From: Lama glama | Taxonomy: Eukaryota | Reading direction: 5' to 3' | NCBI GenBank assembly: GCA_028534125.1 | Contig: CM052817.1 | Span: 84,384,001-84,448,000 of the forward strand | Length of the DNA stretch: 64,000 bases | In this document: piece by piece, positions 63,491 to 64,000 of the stretch | How positions within the stretch are numbered: position 1 is the first letter of the stretch | Layout of the letters: the number at the start of each line of letters is the position of its first letter | The notes under the pieces: generated by a model | The model's database searches: none | What the model was told of the DNA's origin: nothing | Seen by the model: only the letters and a program-made list of their open reading frames with translations | Made by a program: the position numbers and the translations under genes

Positions 63491-64000
63491 GGTTAAAGCA
63501 TGGTGGTAGATGATGAAGCAATCTCCACCTCCCCACAGAGGTACAGGACATTCAACACTTTACTAGCAGCAGTTCACCCATTTGCTTCACCATGGCCTCT
63601 TGGGGGCCAGGTAGAGGAGGTAGACTCATGAAGGGTTTATGAAAACTTCATCTTCCAAAAGCCCATGGGGCTCAACAGGGCAAACTCTGTCTAGGACTTG
63701 GTGAATTCCAATCCTCAGTCAAAACTCTCTGACTCTTGTCTTCAAGCTTGACACTCACCCATGTCAGAAAAAGCCTTGCAACTAAAGGTTTCACATGTAT
63801 TTAACAGTCTGGCAGATCCAGTAACCATTTGGCTCTGAAAAGTCAGATTGGTGTTAGGAGTAGAGTTACAGGAAAGTAGCTTCAAATAATCAGCTTCATA
63901 ATTTATAGGTTTCCATAATTTTATAACATAAAAGATGTATTACTACTATTCTTATTCTCATAAAGGCACTTCTACATGCTCTACAGCCAAATCTTGTAAG

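Noticed and set aside
1..64000. CRISPR arrays, operons or other prokaryotic/viral systems
   Set aside because: No regularly spaced repeats or long ORFs; the sequence is a spliced mammalian gene with typical interspersed repeats.

Overview
Mammalian genomic DNA that is AT-rich and CpG-poor. It is most likely camelid (alpaca/llama/camel), judged from four tRNA-derived SINEs resembling camelid vic-1 and from the young L1 3' ends. The window lies entirely inside one minus-strand gene, SCLT1 (sodium channel and clathrin linker 1, a centriole distal-appendage coiled-coil protein). Seven consecutive coding exons are present (178, 99, 72, 75, 146, 193 and 197 nt; probably exons 12-18 by recalled human numbering). 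All have canonical AG/GT borders and splice into one open 960-nt frame. Positions 1-37197 are the long intron after the 197-nt exon; the 5' and final 3' exons lie outside the window. The rest is mostly interspersed repeats: L1 of several ages (including a ~13 kb nested cluster), L2, MIR, CR1/L3, MaLR/ERVL/ERV1 LTRs and hAT/Tigger relics. Most ORF-track entries are spurious or L1 fragments. I found no convincing new biological system. The most notable oddities are a TSD-bounded 2-kb L1 that keeps both termini but has two large internal deletions, a perfect 37-bp templated insertion copied from 2 kb away, an ERV LTR that keeps its tRNA-Arg primer-binding site and a strong antisense splice donor, a candidate intronic enhancer, and several candidate cryptic or poison exons. 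Repeat names and boundaries are by eye and approximate.
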